Shown here: positions 9,639 through 20,576 of the stretch, in pieces
Position numbering within the stretch: the first letter of the stretch is position 1
How the letters are laid out: each line of letters begins with the position of its first letter
DNA from: Christensenellales bacterium
GTDB taxonomy: Bacteria > Bacillota > Clostridia > Christensenellales > CALWSW01
Assembly (NCBI GenBank): GCA_040768925.1
Contig: JAXGLZ010000002.1
Location: forward strand, 207,389 to 271,388
Direction of reading: 5' to 3'
DNA length: 64,000 nt
The notes under the pieces: model-generated
Seen by the model: only the letters and a program-made list of their open reading frames with translations
Database searches by the model: none
Told to the model about the DNA's origin: nothing
Program-made: the position numbers and the translations under genes

Positions 9639-11378
9639 TCAGTCTATCCGTTTGATCGCCCGGATGGCGGATTCCTCCGGAGTGACGAACAGGGTTTTAT
9701 TGGTCGTGTAGATCACGAACCCCGGGCGGGAGCCGGAAGGTTTTTTGACGAATTTCCGGGGCGTGTAATCCACGGGGACCTGGGCGCTGCCCCTGGCCTT
9801 CGAATGCCAGGCCGCCAGCACCGCCGCTTCCTTCAGGGTCGTCTCCGGCGGTTGCTTCGACCGGATGATCACATGGGAGCCGGGAATATTCTTGGTGTGC
9901 AGCCAGATGTCCCCGGGGTCCGAATCCTTAAGGGTCAGCCTGTCGTTTTGCAGGTTGTTCTTCCCTACGAATATATCTATGCCGTCCTGCGACACATAGT
10001 GAAAGGGTTTTGAAGCGGGAATCTTCTGCTGCTTTTCCTTTTCCGGGCGGACGTAGCCTTCCCGGATCAGTTCCTGGCGGATTTCCGCCAGGTCGTTTTC
10101 CTCCGCGCAGTTGTCCAGATTGGCGAGCAGCCCCTCCAGATAGTCGAGCTCGGCCCGGATCTCCGCGATCTGGCCGGTGGCCATGTCAAAGGCGGCGCGC
10201 TGCTTGTTGTATTTCTTGAAATACTTCTGGGCGTTCGCCGCGGCGGAAAGGGACGGGTCCAGGGGGATCGTCACTTCCCTCTGGTCCGGGTCGTAATAAT
10301 TGACCACCGCCGCCTCGCCGGCGCCCCGCTCCGCCCGGTATGCGTTTGTGGTCAGCAGCTCGCCAAAAAGGCGGTTTTGCTCCATCTTGTCCGAAGTCAG
10401 CAGGATGTCCTGCTGCATCGCGAGCTTTTTCTGGCAGCGCTCGATGTTGTTTTGCAGCAGCCGTCTGAGGTTCGCGCTTTTCTGGCGGATCCTGTCAGTT
10501 TTCTCCCGCAGGCCGAAGTATTCGTCCAGCGCGGCGCTCATGGTTTCAAACCCGCGCTTGTTTTGCGGCGCCGCGGAGCGGGTGTCAAAGGCGAAATAGG
10601 CCACCGGGTCTCCGGAATCGTCCACCACCACTGTGGGGGAAAACGCGCCCTTTGCGATGTTCTCGAAAAAAGCGTGGGTCCGCCCCGCGCAGAGCGCTTT
10701 TCTTTGATCGTCCAGCGCAGAAAACGGGATCAGCGCATCGCCGGCGGCGTGCTCCGCAACCTCCGCCGCAACAACCGGAGAAAGGCCGGCAAAGGCGAAA
10801 AGAACGGCCTTGTCCAGCCTTCCCGACGACGCGAAAAGGGCGTTGTACACCTGCTCTTTCGTCAGTTCCGCCGGATTCAGCTTGCTTTGGGCCGGAGGCT
10901 GCTCGTATTTCACGCCGGGCATGAGGATGCGCACCGTGGAAATCGCCGGGGTGACGTGGCGGATGGCGTCCACGATCGTTCCGTCCTCTTTGACGAGCAC
11001 GACATTCGAGTATTTGCCCATGATCTCCGCGATCAGCGAAAAAGTTGCCGGTTCGCCCAGGTCGTCCGTCGCCGTGATGTCGATCGTCAGCACCCTGTCC
11101 AGCCCGGCCTGGCGGACGGCGGCGATCCTGCCGTTTGTCAGGTATTTGCGCATCAGCATGCAGAACATCGGCGGTTCCGAAGGATTCTGCCGTTTCGCCG
11201 CCGTCAGCTGCACCCGGCAGTTCGCGGCGTTTGCCGAAAGCAGCAGCTTCCTGCCGGAGCGAAGGTTGAGCAGCAGCTCGTCCTTCTCCGGCTGGTAGAT
11301 CTTCTCGATCCGCGCGCCCAGCACGCTTTCGTTGAGTTCTTTGCAAACAGCCGCGAGCGAAAGCCCGTCCATGGCCAT
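9639..11378 (-). CDS. rqcH: Ribosome quality control protein RqcH (FbpA/NFACT)
   Basis: PPMFCMLMRKYL, DR, EIMGKYSN, GKNNLQNDRLT, WLHTKNIPGSHV, PVDYT. Confidence 0.9.
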   Translation of the reverse strand: MAMDGLSLAAVCKELNESVLGARIEKIYQPEKDELLLNLRSGRKLLLSANAANCRVQLTAAKRQNPSEPPMFCMLMRKYLTNGRIAAVRQAGLDRVLTIDITATDDLGEPATFSLIAEIMGKYSNVVLVKEDGTIVDAIRHVTPAISTVRILMPGVKYEQPPAQSKLNPAELTKEQVYNALFASSGRLDKAVLFAFAGLSPVVAAEVAEHAAGDALIPFSALDDQRKALCAGRTHAFFENIAKGAFSPTVVVDDSGDPVAYFAFDTRSAAPQNKRGFETMSAALDEYFGLREKTDRIRQKSANLRRLLQNNIERCQKKLAMQQDILLTSDKMEQNRLFGELLTTNAYRAERGAGEAAVVNYYDPDQREVTIPLDPSLSAAANAQKYFKKYNKQRAAFDMATGQIAEIRAELDYLEGLLANLDNCAEENDLAEIRQELIREGYVRPEKEKQQKIPASKPFHYVSQDGIDIFVGKNNLQNDRLTLKDSDPGDIWLHTKNIPGSHVIIRSKQPPETTLKEAAVLAAWHSKARGSAQVPVDYTPRKFVKKPSGSRPGFVIYTTNKTLFVTPEESAIRAIKRID

Positions 11379-11556
11379 GATTTTCACCTCGATACTCGAT
11401 TGCCGGGCCCTGCGGGTTTTTCCCAACGCGCCCGGCGGATTCTCTTCAATCGTTTCAGTATAGCCCATTCTCGTCCGTTTGGGAATAGTTGCGCGCTCTG
11501 GGCGAATACACATATATAAGGTAAAGTGCGTTGAACAATTCAGGAGGTCCAAAATT

Positions 11557-12483
11557 ATGAAAAAGGCCGCGTTGTCCCTTTTTTGCGTTTTGCTGCTGCT
11601 TTGCGGCTGCTCGGGCAAAGGCGTTGAAAGCTCCGCGCCGGCGGAAGGCGCAGAAATCCAATACCGCCCGACGGTGGTCTATTACGCCGATTCGAACGGA
11701 CTGATCGTCCCCGTGGTGCGGGAAATCCCCTGGGAGGAGGGCATCGGCAAAGCCGCTTTGAACCTTCTGACCAGGACGGACCAGAACGTTTCCGCGGCGG
11801 CGTCACTCGGGCTTTCACCCACCCTGCCGAAGGACGCGTCTTTCACCCTGCGCATCGCGGACGACGGAACCGCGACGGTGAGCGTTTTCGGCATGGGGAA
11901 ATTCGATTCCGCAGCGGAGGAGAAAAACGCCGTGATTTCCATCGTGAACACGCTGACGGAATTCACCGCCATCGACCGGGTCCTGATCCTTCCCGAAGGC
12001 GAGGAGGAAGAGGAACTCTCCTTCGGAACGGACATCGAATCGGCCATCGCCACCGTCGCCCTGAACCCCGAGAGCGTGGCCGCTTCCGCGGGCGGCGGCG
12101 GCATGCAAAGCCTTGCCCTGTACTTCCCGAATTACGAAAGCACCCTGAACGTGCCCGTCACCCGCCTGATCGAGGGCGAAGCGACCCTTGAAAAGGCCGT
12201 GGAAGAGCTTGTGAAGGGGCCGGGGCAGATCGACGCCCTGCGCGCCTGCTTCCCCGTGGACACGCAGCTTTTATCCGTCGTCGTCGAGGGCGGTGTGGCG
12301 GTCATCGACCTGTCTTCCACCGCGGAAGGCCTGCGCGAACACCCCCTTCTCGAGCAGCGCGCCATGGAATGCGCGGCCCTCGTTTGCCGGGAATTCGGCG
12401 TTCCCGCCGTTTCCTTCAGAATCGAGGGGAAGGATTATGGCGGCATGCCCGTTTCCGCGCCGGTCTATGTGAATTACAAATAA
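11557..12483 (+). CDS. gerM: GerMN-domain lipoprotein (GerM-like)
   Basis: Lipobox LCGC, two GerMN-like repeats (IVNTLTEF; LNVPVTR...ELVKGP); upstream of rph. Confidence 0.75.
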   Translation: MKKAALSLFCVLLLLCGCSGKGVESSAPAEGAEIQYRPTVVYYADSNGLIVPVVREIPWEEGIGKAALNLLTRTDQNVSAAASLGLSPTLPKDASFTLRIADDGTATVSVFGMGKFDSAAEEKNAVISIVNTLTEFTAIDRVLILPEGEEEEELSFGTDIESAIATVALNPESVAASAGGGGMQSLALYFPNYESTLNVPVTRLIEGEATLEKAVEELVKGPGQIDALRACFPVDTQLLSVVVEGGVAVIDLSSTAEGLREHPLLEQRAMECAALVCREFGVPAVSFRIEGKDYGGMPVSAPVYVNYK

Positions 12484-12604
12484 TTTTGCCCATTTGGGCG
12501 GCCCCGTTCCCTTTTTTCCGTTCTTCCTCCACCGTGCGCGGTTGACGCGCCGGCGCGCGCGGGGTATCATCGGATCATGAGGTACCCCAAAAAGGAGGAA
12601 TGAC

Positions 12605-13330
12605 ATGCAAAGAACCGACGGCCGCGCTTTTGACGAGCTGCGCCCAATCCGCATTACCCCGGGATTCACAGAGCACGCCCTTGGCTCTGTTTTGATTGAA
12701 TTTGGAAAAACAAAGGTGATCTGCACCGCCATGGTCGAGCCCAAGGTCCCCCCTTTTTTAATAGGAAAGGGCACCGGCTGGCTGACCGCGGAATACGCCA
12801 TGCTCCCTTCGTCCACCCAGAACCGCAAAAAGCGCGAAAACTTCAAAAACGGGCCGGACGGCCGAAGCACGGAAATATCCCGGCTGATCGGGCGGTCTTT
12901 ACGCTCTGGGATCGACCTTTCACATTTTGGGGAGCGCACCCTCGCCATCGACTGCGACGTGATCCAGGCGGACGGCGGAACGCGCACGGCCGCAATAACC
13001 GGCGGCTACGTCGCGATGGCCGTTGCGCTGCACAAGCTGCGCGCCGCGGAACGCTGCCTTTTGCCCCCCGTCGCCGCGGTTAGCTGCGGCGTGGTGGAGG
13101 GCGAGCTGCTGCTGGACCTTTGCTATGTTGAGGACGCCTGCGCCCAGGCGGATATCAATCTCGTCATGGCGGGGGAAGGCTTTGTCGAAATCCAGGGAAC
13201 GGGCGAAAAGCGCCCCGTTGCCCGGGAAGAGCTCTATAAGCTTCTCGACATGGGCGAGCTCGGGATCATGGAACTTTTCGAGTATCAAAAGCGCGCGATC
13301 GACGAAACCGTGCCGGAACTTCAAAAGTAA
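12605..13330 (+). CDS. rph: Ribonuclease PH
   Basis: RTDGR..DELRP, GWLTAEYAMLP, EISRLIGRSLR, DVIQADGGTRTAAITG. Confidence 0.95.
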   Translation: MQRTDGRAFDELRPIRITPGFTEHALGSVLIEFGKTKVICTAMVEPKVPPFLIGKGTGWLTAEYAMLPSSTQNRKKRENFKNGPDGRSTEISRLIGRSLRSGIDLSHFGERTLAIDCDVIQADGGTRTAAITGGYVAMAVALHKLRAAERCLLPPVAAVSCGVVEGELLLDLCYVEDACAQADINLVMAGEGFVEIQGTGEKRPVAREELYKLLDMGELGIMELFEYQKRAIDETVPELQK

Positions 13331-13563
13331 CCTGCCTCGGCCTGGGCGCTGTTTTGCCGCTGTTTTGTCCTGATCGCTCAGATTCGCGGAAAGAGACGGG
13401 AAAACTCCCGCCTCTTTCGCTTTTTGGTTCTTTTGTTGGGATCGTTCGGATGCTAAACGCACGGTCTTGGGGTCGCCCCCGGCGGTTCCGGGGGCTTGCA
13501 GCTTCAATGAACAGCCTGGCGCGGGATCCGATCATGGCGTAAAACCGGCCCGGCCGGTGCCGT

Positions 13564-15060
13564 TCATGGGTTGCCGGAGCGGATTGTTTTTGCGATGTGC
13601 GCGGCCCGGGCGGCGACCTTTTGCTCCCATTCGTCGTCATACATCCCCAGCAGCGCGACGAGATCGGCCGAGGTGAAGCGCTTCCTGACCAGCCTGGCGT
13701 TTCGAAACGCCCAGCGCATGTCTTTTTCGCTGATCGGAACGTCCATCTCCTCACAGGAGAGCGGGTGCGTCGAAAGGGCCAGCGCGGCCGCGCACTGTTC
13801 GGCGGTGTAGGGCAGCAGCTCTTTGAGCGCTTTTTTATGGGTCTCCCAGTTTTTGAGGAAGTCCTCCACCCTTGGGCGCGCCTTGTTCCAGCTATCCAGC
13901 TTGATGCTGACGTCATGCCAGCATTCCCGCCCCATCGCGCCGGTGGGATCAATGGGTTCAAAGACCTCCATGACCCTTTTTTCCACGTCCTCTTTTGTGA
14001 TTTGGCAGTCGTTGACGTTGATGCGGCCGGCGTTTTGGTCCAGATAGTCGATCAGCATCTCCTGCTGGATGAGGGACCACAGGATCGAAACGCCCACCTG
14101 CTGGCCGTGAACGCCCGTCTTTCTTCCGGCCGCGGCGGCGCTCATGTCCAGCATGTGGCTCATCACGTGCTCGTAGCCCGAAACCGGAACGGAATCCCGG
14201 GCGTAGGTCATCGTCAGGCCGCAAAGGGTCAGGCATTTGCCAAGCACCTCTATGCCCCGCTCGCTCCTTTGGGCGATCTGGGCCGAATAGGGGATCAGCA
14301 GCTCCCTGGCATCGTCCATGATGCGCCAGGACGCGTCCAAAAAATCCGCCATCCCCAGCGCGTCCGCGATGTACCAGTCCGCAAACGAGCAAAAAACCGG
14401 AAACATGTCACCCACGCCGCCGACCGTGTAGCTTAAGGGGCAATCGCAGAGCACCTGGTGGTCCATGATGATGATCTGGGGGGTTCTGGACGGCCACGTG
14501 CGCTTTACGCCGTCCTTGGAAATGATCGCCAATCTGGAGGAATAGGCCGGGACCGTGTTGGCGGTCATGCAGCTGATCAGCGGAAGCTGGCCGTCGAACC
14601 CGTTTTCTTTCTGCCAGATGTAGCAGGAATGCTTGGCGACGTCCGTCACCACGCCGGAACCGACGGTTACCACCGCGCAGTCCTTGTGCAGGGCGGGCAT
14701 GACCTGTTCCATGGTTTTGAAATCCGGATGGACCAGACCGTATTCGTCGCCCTTGAGGACGAGGGGTTTTGCCCTGTAGCCGCAGCCTTGTATGATCCCG
14801 AGAACGAGGGGTTTGATCTCCTCTTTGCCGCGCAGGATCTTCGTTTCGTCCATCACCACGATGATTTCGTCGCCCGCGGCTACGCCCAGCTTCCGAAGGG
14901 CTTCGGGCAGGCGGTAAATGGCGTTTTTGCCGGTGATGACTTCTTCCAGCTCGATCTTCGGTATGCGGCCGTAGTCCGACCAGAGCGAAATCCGCCTGTG
15001 CAGATCGTTCATGTCCGCCACGTCGTATTTGAAGACCGGAGGGGGCAATCGATTGAGCAT
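13564..15060 (-). CDS. sn-glycerol-1-phosphate dehydrogenase-like (AraM/EgsA family)
   Basis: VGSGVVTDVAK, GVGD, SGYEHVMSH, HGQQVGV metal-binding motifs. Confidence 0.7.
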   Translation of the reverse strand: MLNRLPPPVFKYDVADMNDLHRRISLWSDYGRIPKIELEEVITGKNAIYRLPEALRKLGVAAGDEIIVVMDETKILRGKEEIKPLVLGIIQGCGYRAKPLVLKGDEYGLVHPDFKTMEQVMPALHKDCAVVTVGSGVVTDVAKHSCYIWQKENGFDGQLPLISCMTANTVPAYSSRLAIISKDGVKRTWPSRTPQIIIMDHQVLCDCPLSYTVGGVGDMFPVFCSFADWYIADALGMADFLDASWRIMDDARELLIPYSAQIAQRSERGIEVLGKCLTLCGLTMTYARDSVPVSGYEHVMSHMLDMSAAAAGRKTGVHGQQVGVSILWSLIQQEMLIDYLDQNAGRINVNDCQITKEDVEKRVMEVFEPIDPTGAMGRECWHDVSIKLDSWNKARPRVEDFLKNWETHKKALKELLPYTAEQCAAALALSTHPLSCEEMDVPISEKDMRWAFRNARLVRKRFTSADLVALLGMYDDEWEQKVAARAAHIAKTIRSGNP

Positions 15061-15094
15061 GAATATAACTTCCTTTCCCAGGCGCCGGGCCTTG

Positions 15095-15901
15095 TCAGAT
15101 CCCCAGCGCCATCATACGTTCCTGGATGGCGCCAAGGTCCCTGAACACGAGGTCGGGCCTGATTTCGCTTTGGGCGAGCATGGTTTCGTCGGTCTCGCCG
15201 GACATCACAAGGATGCTGAGCATACCCGCGTTGATGCCGGAGGCGATGTCCGTATACAGCCTGTCGCCCACCACGGCGATCTGTTCCGGCGCAAGGCCGA
15301 GCTTTTCCATCGCGACGTTGACGATCTCCGCGTTCGGCTTGCCAATGACCTTCGGGCGCTTCCCGGTGGTCGCGTCCACAAAGGCGATGATGCCGCCGAT
15401 ATCCGGCATGAAGCCGGTTTCGCTGTCCACGGGGCAGTTGAAGTCCGGATGGGTGGCGATGTACGCCACGCCCAGCCGCACAAAGTCGCAGATCTTCCAC
15501 AGTTTTTCATAGGTCAGCGTGGTGTCGAAGCCGATGACGGCAAAATCCGGGTCCTTGTCCGTCAGCATGAACCCAAAATCGCGGAATTCCTGCTCAAGGA
15601 TGGGCGTTCCAGCAACGTAGAGCTTCGCGCCCGGTTTTTTGTGCCAAAGGAACCTGGCCGTCGCCTCTCCGGAGGTGAGAACCTTTTCCGGCGGCGCGCA
15701 AAAGCCCAGCTTTTGCAGCTTTTTTGCATAATGATCGGCGCTTCTCGTCGAGTTGTTGGTCATGAACAGGTAGTCGATGCCCCTGGACGCGATGTACTCC
15801 ATGAATCCCAGCGAAAAGGGGTAAATGGTTTCGCTGAGGTAAAAGGTGCCGTCCATATCCAGCAAAAAACCGCGGATGTTTTTCAGTTTTTCGTCAGACA
15901 T
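15095..15901 (-). CDS. HAD-IIA phosphatase (NagD/AraL-like)
   Basis: DMDGT, TNNS, IGKP, VGDRLYTDI. Confidence 0.9.
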   Translation of the reverse strand: MSDEKLKNIRGFLLDMDGTFYLSETIYPFSLGFMEYIASRGIDYLFMTNNSTRSADHYAKKLQKLGFCAPPEKVLTSGEATARFLWHKKPGAKLYVAGTPILEQEFRDFGFMLTDKDPDFAVIGFDTTLTYEKLWKICDFVRLGVAYIATHPDFNCPVDSETGFMPDIGGIIAFVDATTGKRPKVIGKPNAEIVNVAMEKLGLAPEQIAVVGDRLYTDIASGINAGMLSILVMSGETDETMLAQSEIRPDLVFRDLGAIQERMMALGI

Positions 15902-16020
15902 ACTGTTGTTTCTCCTTGCCGGCCCATGAACGCGGCCGCGGCACAGCCCCGGTTTGGGGTGCGACGCGGCCTCTGTTCTCTGGCCATATTGTTCTGTTGT
16001 GGATCGCTTTTGTTGCAGCT

Positions 16021-17571
16021 TTAGTTTTCGAGGGCGAGCTTTACAAGGCGCTCATAAACGCCGGCTTTTGCCAGGGCCTGATAAGCGTCCTTGTATACGC
16101 TGAAGTATTGGTTGTAAACCTCATGGTTATGCATATTCGGCTCGCAGTAGGACGCGATCTTGACCATTTTTTCGACGGCCTCGTTGACAGAATCGAACAG
16201 CCCGGCGCCTTTCGCGGCGAGAATGGCCGCGCCGAGGGACGTGGCCTCCTCGATGGCGAGGATGCCGACGGGCTTGCCGTAAATATCCGCCTGGATCTGG
16301 TTCCACACCGCCGATTTTGACGCGCCGCCGGAAAGGATGATCGTGTCGATCTGGACGCCGTTGGTGATCATCTGCTCGATGATCTCCCGCGTCTCAAAGG
16401 TGACGCCTTCCATGATGGCTCGGGCAAGGGTGGGTCGCTCGTGGCCGAGGGTCAGGCCGATGAAGGTTCCCCGGGCGAAGGGGTCCCAGTTGGGCGCGGC
16501 TGAGCTGGCGAAATACGGGATGCAGATCAGGCCGTTGGCGCCCGGCTTGATCGCGTCGACCTGTTCGTTGATGTATTCATAGGGGTCTTTGCCCGTTTCT
16601 TTGGAGAGGGCGACTTCGGGGATCGCGAACTCGTTGCGGTACCACTTGAGGGAGCTGCCCGCGGCGTTCTGAAGGCCTTCGGTCTCCCACTTGCCGGCGA
16701 CCGCGTGGGCCGAACAGGGCAGGCGCATGCTCTTGTCGTAATAGGCGCCGTCCATATAGGCCAGGGTGACGGCGGCGGTGCCGACGGTGACTTCCACAAC
16801 GCCCTTCTTCACCGCGCCGGCCCCTATTCCTGCGCACTGCTGATCGCCGCCGCCGGAAACCAGCTTGGTTCCAGCCGCGAAACCGGTCAGGGCGGACGCT
16901 TCTTCGGAAAGGGTGCCGACTACCTCGCCGGAGGGCACGAGCTCGGGGAGCTTGTCGTAATCGATTTCCAGGGCGTCCACCAACTCGCGGCTCCATTCAA
17001 AGGCCTGGATGTCCATCAGGCCCTGGAGCGAACCGTTCGACCAGTCCTCGTAATACCCTTTTGCTCCCAGCTTGTGGAGGATGCGCTCCTGGTCCTGGGC
17101 AAATTTGAAGGTTTTGGCATAAATTTCGGGCTGGTTCTTCTTGATCCACATGATCTTGCTGACCGTCCACACCACGCCGTTGGGCAGGCCGGTGATCTCG
17201 TAATACCGCTCGGCGCCGATCTTTTTCGCGATCACCTCGCACTCCTTGAAAGAACGGCTGTCCTGCCAGGAGATCGCCGTGCGCAGGGCCATGCCGTCTT
17301 CATCGACGGGGGTGAACGTGCAGCGCTGGCTGGAAAGCCCCAGGGCAAGGATATCCTTGGGGTCGATCTTGGATTTTTCGATGGCTTCTTTGGAGGCTTC
17401 GCAGGTCATGGCCCAGGTCATTTCCCCGTCCTGCTCCACCCAGCCGGACTGCGGGAAGGTGCAGGGGTATTCCCGATACGCGCTGCTGATTTTGTTGCCT
17501 TGTGTGTCGAATATGATGACCTTTACGCCGGTGGTGCCGATGTCTATGCCGCTGACATACTGTTTGCTCAT
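16021..17571 (-). CDS. FGGY-family carbohydrate kinase
   Basis: GIDIGTTGVK, SWQDSR, GGGDQQC, ARAIMEGV, LSGGASKS. Confidence 0.9.
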   Translation of the reverse strand: MSKQYVSGIDIGTTGVKVIIFDTQGNKISSAYREYPCTFPQSGWVEQDGEMTWAMTCEASKEAIEKSKIDPKDILALGLSSQRCTFTPVDEDGMALRTAISWQDSRSFKECEVIAKKIGAERYYEITGLPNGVVWTVSKIMWIKKNQPEIYAKTFKFAQDQERILHKLGAKGYYEDWSNGSLQGLMDIQAFEWSRELVDALEIDYDKLPELVPSGEVVGTLSEEASALTGFAAGTKLVSGGGDQQCAGIGAGAVKKGVVEVTVGTAAVTLAYMDGAYYDKSMRLPCSAHAVAGKWETEGLQNAAGSSLKWYRNEFAIPEVALSKETGKDPYEYINEQVDAIKPGANGLICIPYFASSAAPNWDPFARGTFIGLTLGHERPTLARAIMEGVTFETREIIEQMITNGVQIDTIILSGGASKSAVWNQIQADIYGKPVGILAIEEATSLGAAILAAKGAGLFDSVNEAVEKMVKIASYCEPNMHNHEVYNQYFSVYKDAYQALAKAGVYERLVKLALEN

Positions 17572-17694
17572 ATGAATTTCCCTCCTGGTTGCTTATTCAA
17601 TTGAATTGGCTTATGGTTGACAGCATCGCTTGATGGGAATTAATTGTTTTAATTAAACGGGAATAGATCGGGTCGCTTTGCGATTTGGGCAGGC

Positions 17695-18264
17695 CTAAAT
17701 CGTCCACAGTTCTCTCGTGCTGCAGACGATGTTGGAAGCGCCTGCGGCTATCAGCGTACTGACATCTTCGGCTGTTGAAACAAGACCGCTGGAAATGATC
17801 GGAAGCGTCTGCTCCGATTTGACCATTTTGACGATTCTCGGCAGAATGCCGGGGGTGAGTTCAAGAAAATCGGGATTGGAGATTTTGGCAAGGTTCAGCC
17901 CGCTTTGAAGGGACTGGAAATCCGTGACGAACAGTCTGTGTACTGTGATGAGTTTTTCGTGTTTTGCCATTTTCAGGATATGCGTTTTGGTCGACTGGAC
18001 GCCTTCGATGCCGAATTCCTCTTTCGCAAAGCGGATTCCGCTCGCGTCCTTGCCGATTCCCTCGACCAGATCCATGTGGAAAAAAATGATGTCTCCTCTG
18101 GCTTTGATCTCGCCGATCTGCTTTCGTACCCTGAATACGTCACCTCCCACCATAAAAAAGATCTTTACCTTGGATTCGAGTGCACTTTCGAAATCCTCCG
18201 GCGTGCGGACAGCGGCGATCACTGGATATTCCTCAAATTTTCTGCGCGCGCGATGACTGATCAT
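17695..18264 (-). CDS. glpP: GlpP-family glycerol-3-phosphate-responsive antiterminator
   Basis: PVIAAVR, HMDLVEGIGKD, STK, ELTPG, PIISSGL; start may be 18285. Confidence 0.8.
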   Translation of the reverse strand: MISHRARRKFEEYPVIAAVRTPEDFESALESKVKIFFMVGGDVFRVRKQIGEIKARGDIIFFHMDLVEGIGKDASGIRFAKEEFGIEGVQSTKTHILKMAKHEKLITVHRLFVTDFQSLQSGLNLAKISNPDFLELTPGILPRIVKMVKSEQTLPIISSGLVSTAEDVSTLIAAGASNIVCSTRELWTI

Positions 18265-18300
18265 GGGGCCACGGCCTTTCCGCATTCAGTGCTGTTATAT

Positions 18301-18341
18301 AAAAAACCGCAATAATACCCTTAAAGGTATTATTGCGGCTT
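18301..18341 (-). terminator. Leader terminator upstream of glpP (likely antitermination target)
   Basis: CCGCAATAATACC-TTTAAG-GGTATTATTGCGG-TTTTTT, lying between TTGACA-18-TATTGT (18376-18405) and glpP. Confidence 0.7.
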
Positions 18342-18809
18342 CAATTCTCTGCCAGATATGGAGTTTATCTATAACACAATACCTTATCGAGATCAACTTT
18401 GTCAATTACTTTCTGAACAGGATGCTTAAAATTTATAGATTTAAAACAAACTTTGATAATCCTTTGTTAAAAACTGATGAATGGACTCTGCCGCGCGCGG
18501 TCTGGTCGATGCGCCCGCGCCGTTCCTTCGGTTTTGAGCAGTCTGCCCGGCAACCTGCGATTTTAATCGTACAGGATCATCCAAAATAATGCAACAAAAC
18601 ACCCCGCAGTTCCATATTGAGCCGGCAAAATCGGCCCAGCGAAAAGAGACAGGCTGATCGGCCCGTCTCCTTCAGTTGCTGCTTTTCGCGTTTTGCCGCT
18701 TTTTTGCGGCCTTTCGTCCGGCTTCTGCCGGCAAAGACGCATTCGTGTTCTGCCGCGGAAAATTGGCGCCCGCAGCCCGGGCGTTCACCCTGGTCTTGAT
18801 GGCACCGGG

Positions 18810-19904
18810 TTATTTCCCTTTTGCTTTTTTCTTGGCGCGCCCGGTCTCGTCGGTTTTCTTGATGGCGTCCACGACTTTTTTCACCGAAAGCTCCACGGGT
18901 TCATGGGACATGAAATTGTACTTGTAGCTGCTTTCGGCAACCTGATAGAGTTCCTCGTCGGTCACGTTGGGGATGTGCAGCTCCTCGAAAGTGACCGGCA
19001 GCCCGATGTCGATGCAGAGGTCGTAGACCTCGTCGATGAGCCCCAGCTCGTCATACAGATGCAGGCCGGTCAACACGCCGAAGGCGACCTTTTCGCCGTG
19101 ATAGAGATGGTGCGTCTCCGGGAGCACGGTCAGGCCGTTGTGGACCGAGTGGGCCGAACCCAGCCCGCCGCTTTCAAATCCGATGCCGGAAAGCAGCGTG
19201 TTTGCCTCGATCACGGCCTCCACCGCTTCGGACTTGACGCCCTTCTGCGCATCCTCCACCGCCTGGCGGCCATACTTCAGCAGCATATCCAGGCACAGCT
19301 TGGACAGGGCCATCGCCGTCTTTGTTCTGAGGCCGAAGCACTCGCTGAGAGAACCGGAGCGCTCACAGGAGTTGGCCTCGAAATAGGTGGCCAGCGCGTC
19401 GCCTATGCCGGAAATCAGGAAGCGGACCGGCGCCTTGAGGATCACGTCGGTGTCGATCAGCACGACGGCCGGATTGCGTTTTTGGTACAGCACCTCAACA
19501 TACACGCCGTCGTCCGTGTAGACCACGGCGCAGCCCGAGCAGGGCGCGTCGGTGGCCGCGATGGTCGCCGCGATGATCACCGGGATGCCCAGCTCATCCG
19601 CCACCACCTTGCAGGCGTCGATCGGCTTTCCGCCGCCGACGGCTGCGATGGCCGTGGCCCCGAAAGCCGCCGCAACGCCCTTGATGCGGTCGATCTCATT
19701 CCGGCTGCACTCGCCGCCGAACTGCAAGACCTTTCCCTTGTCTCCCATCAGATTCTGGACCGTGGCCACCATGGACCGCGTCGCCACCACCAGCGGCTTG
19801 TTCCCGTATTCGCCCATGACCTTGGGCAAGAAATTGATCGCTCCGTCGCCCTGGATATACTTGCTGGGGAAGAGCATGATCTTCATGTCCTTCAGTTCAC
19901 TCAT
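18810..19904 (-). CDS. gldA: Glycerol dehydrogenase
   Basis: PSKYIQG, GGGKPID, TIAATDAPCS, GIGDALATYFEA, GFESGGL..AHSVHNGL, HGEKVAFG. Confidence 0.9.
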   Translation of the reverse strand: MSELKDMKIMLFPSKYIQGDGAINFLPKVMGEYGNKPLVVATRSMVATVQNLMGDKGKVLQFGGECSRNEIDRIKGVAAAFGATAIAAVGGGKPIDACKVVADELGIPVIIAATIAATDAPCSGCAVVYTDDGVYVEVLYQKRNPAVVLIDTDVILKAPVRFLISGIGDALATYFEANSCERSGSLSECFGLRTKTAMALSKLCLDMLLKYGRQAVEDAQKGVKSEAVEAVIEANTLLSGIGFESGGLGSAHSVHNGLTVLPETHHLYHGEKVAFGVLTGLHLYDELGLIDEVYDLCIDIGLPVTFEELHIPNVTDEELYQVAESSYKYNFMSHEPVELSVKKVVDAIKKTDETGRAKKKAKGK

Positions 19905-20576
19905 CCGAAATTCCTCCTAAATCATATATTTTTTAAGTGGGCCCACCCAAGCTTACCGTACAGTTCCATAACAAATCCCGGCCCGAACGCGGGTCGCACG
20001 CCTTTTTTGCCCGTTCGGAGCGGCGCGGCGTGGTCGAGGCAGGGATGAAAGCGCCTGTTTTGCGCAGGCATGGACAGGATCCGATGATTCGGTCGGTCAG
20101 ACGCGTCACACTCTTTCAGATGCCCCGATCGGAGCGACACACGGTTGGACGCTAAACCATTTTGCAAGCGAACGAGTATTGTGCAAACATGTTTTTGGAA
20201 AGTAGGTTGGGAATGGATGAAGTGCTACTAATTTTCAATGATAAGTTATCATAAGTCTAAATCGTGGTAAAACAACAAAAATGCATAGCTAGTTACAACA
20301 CAAAGCGTCCATTTTTTATCATTCGAAGGTTATTTTATAGCACAGTCATCAAAAAACCCGGCGGTGCAGCCGCGTTTGGGAAAGAATACGCCGCCGCCGC
20401 GTCCTTCATAAAGGTTGCCGCCCGGGAATCCGCCCCCTTAATCTTCGGATTGCGGGCGTTGTAACACAACAAGACGCCGCGTTTCGCCGCGCGCAACCCC
20501 GCGGGCAAAGCCGATATATAATAAGAAGAGACGGGCTGATTTGCCCGCCCCTTCAGGTTGATGTTCGGATTGAATG

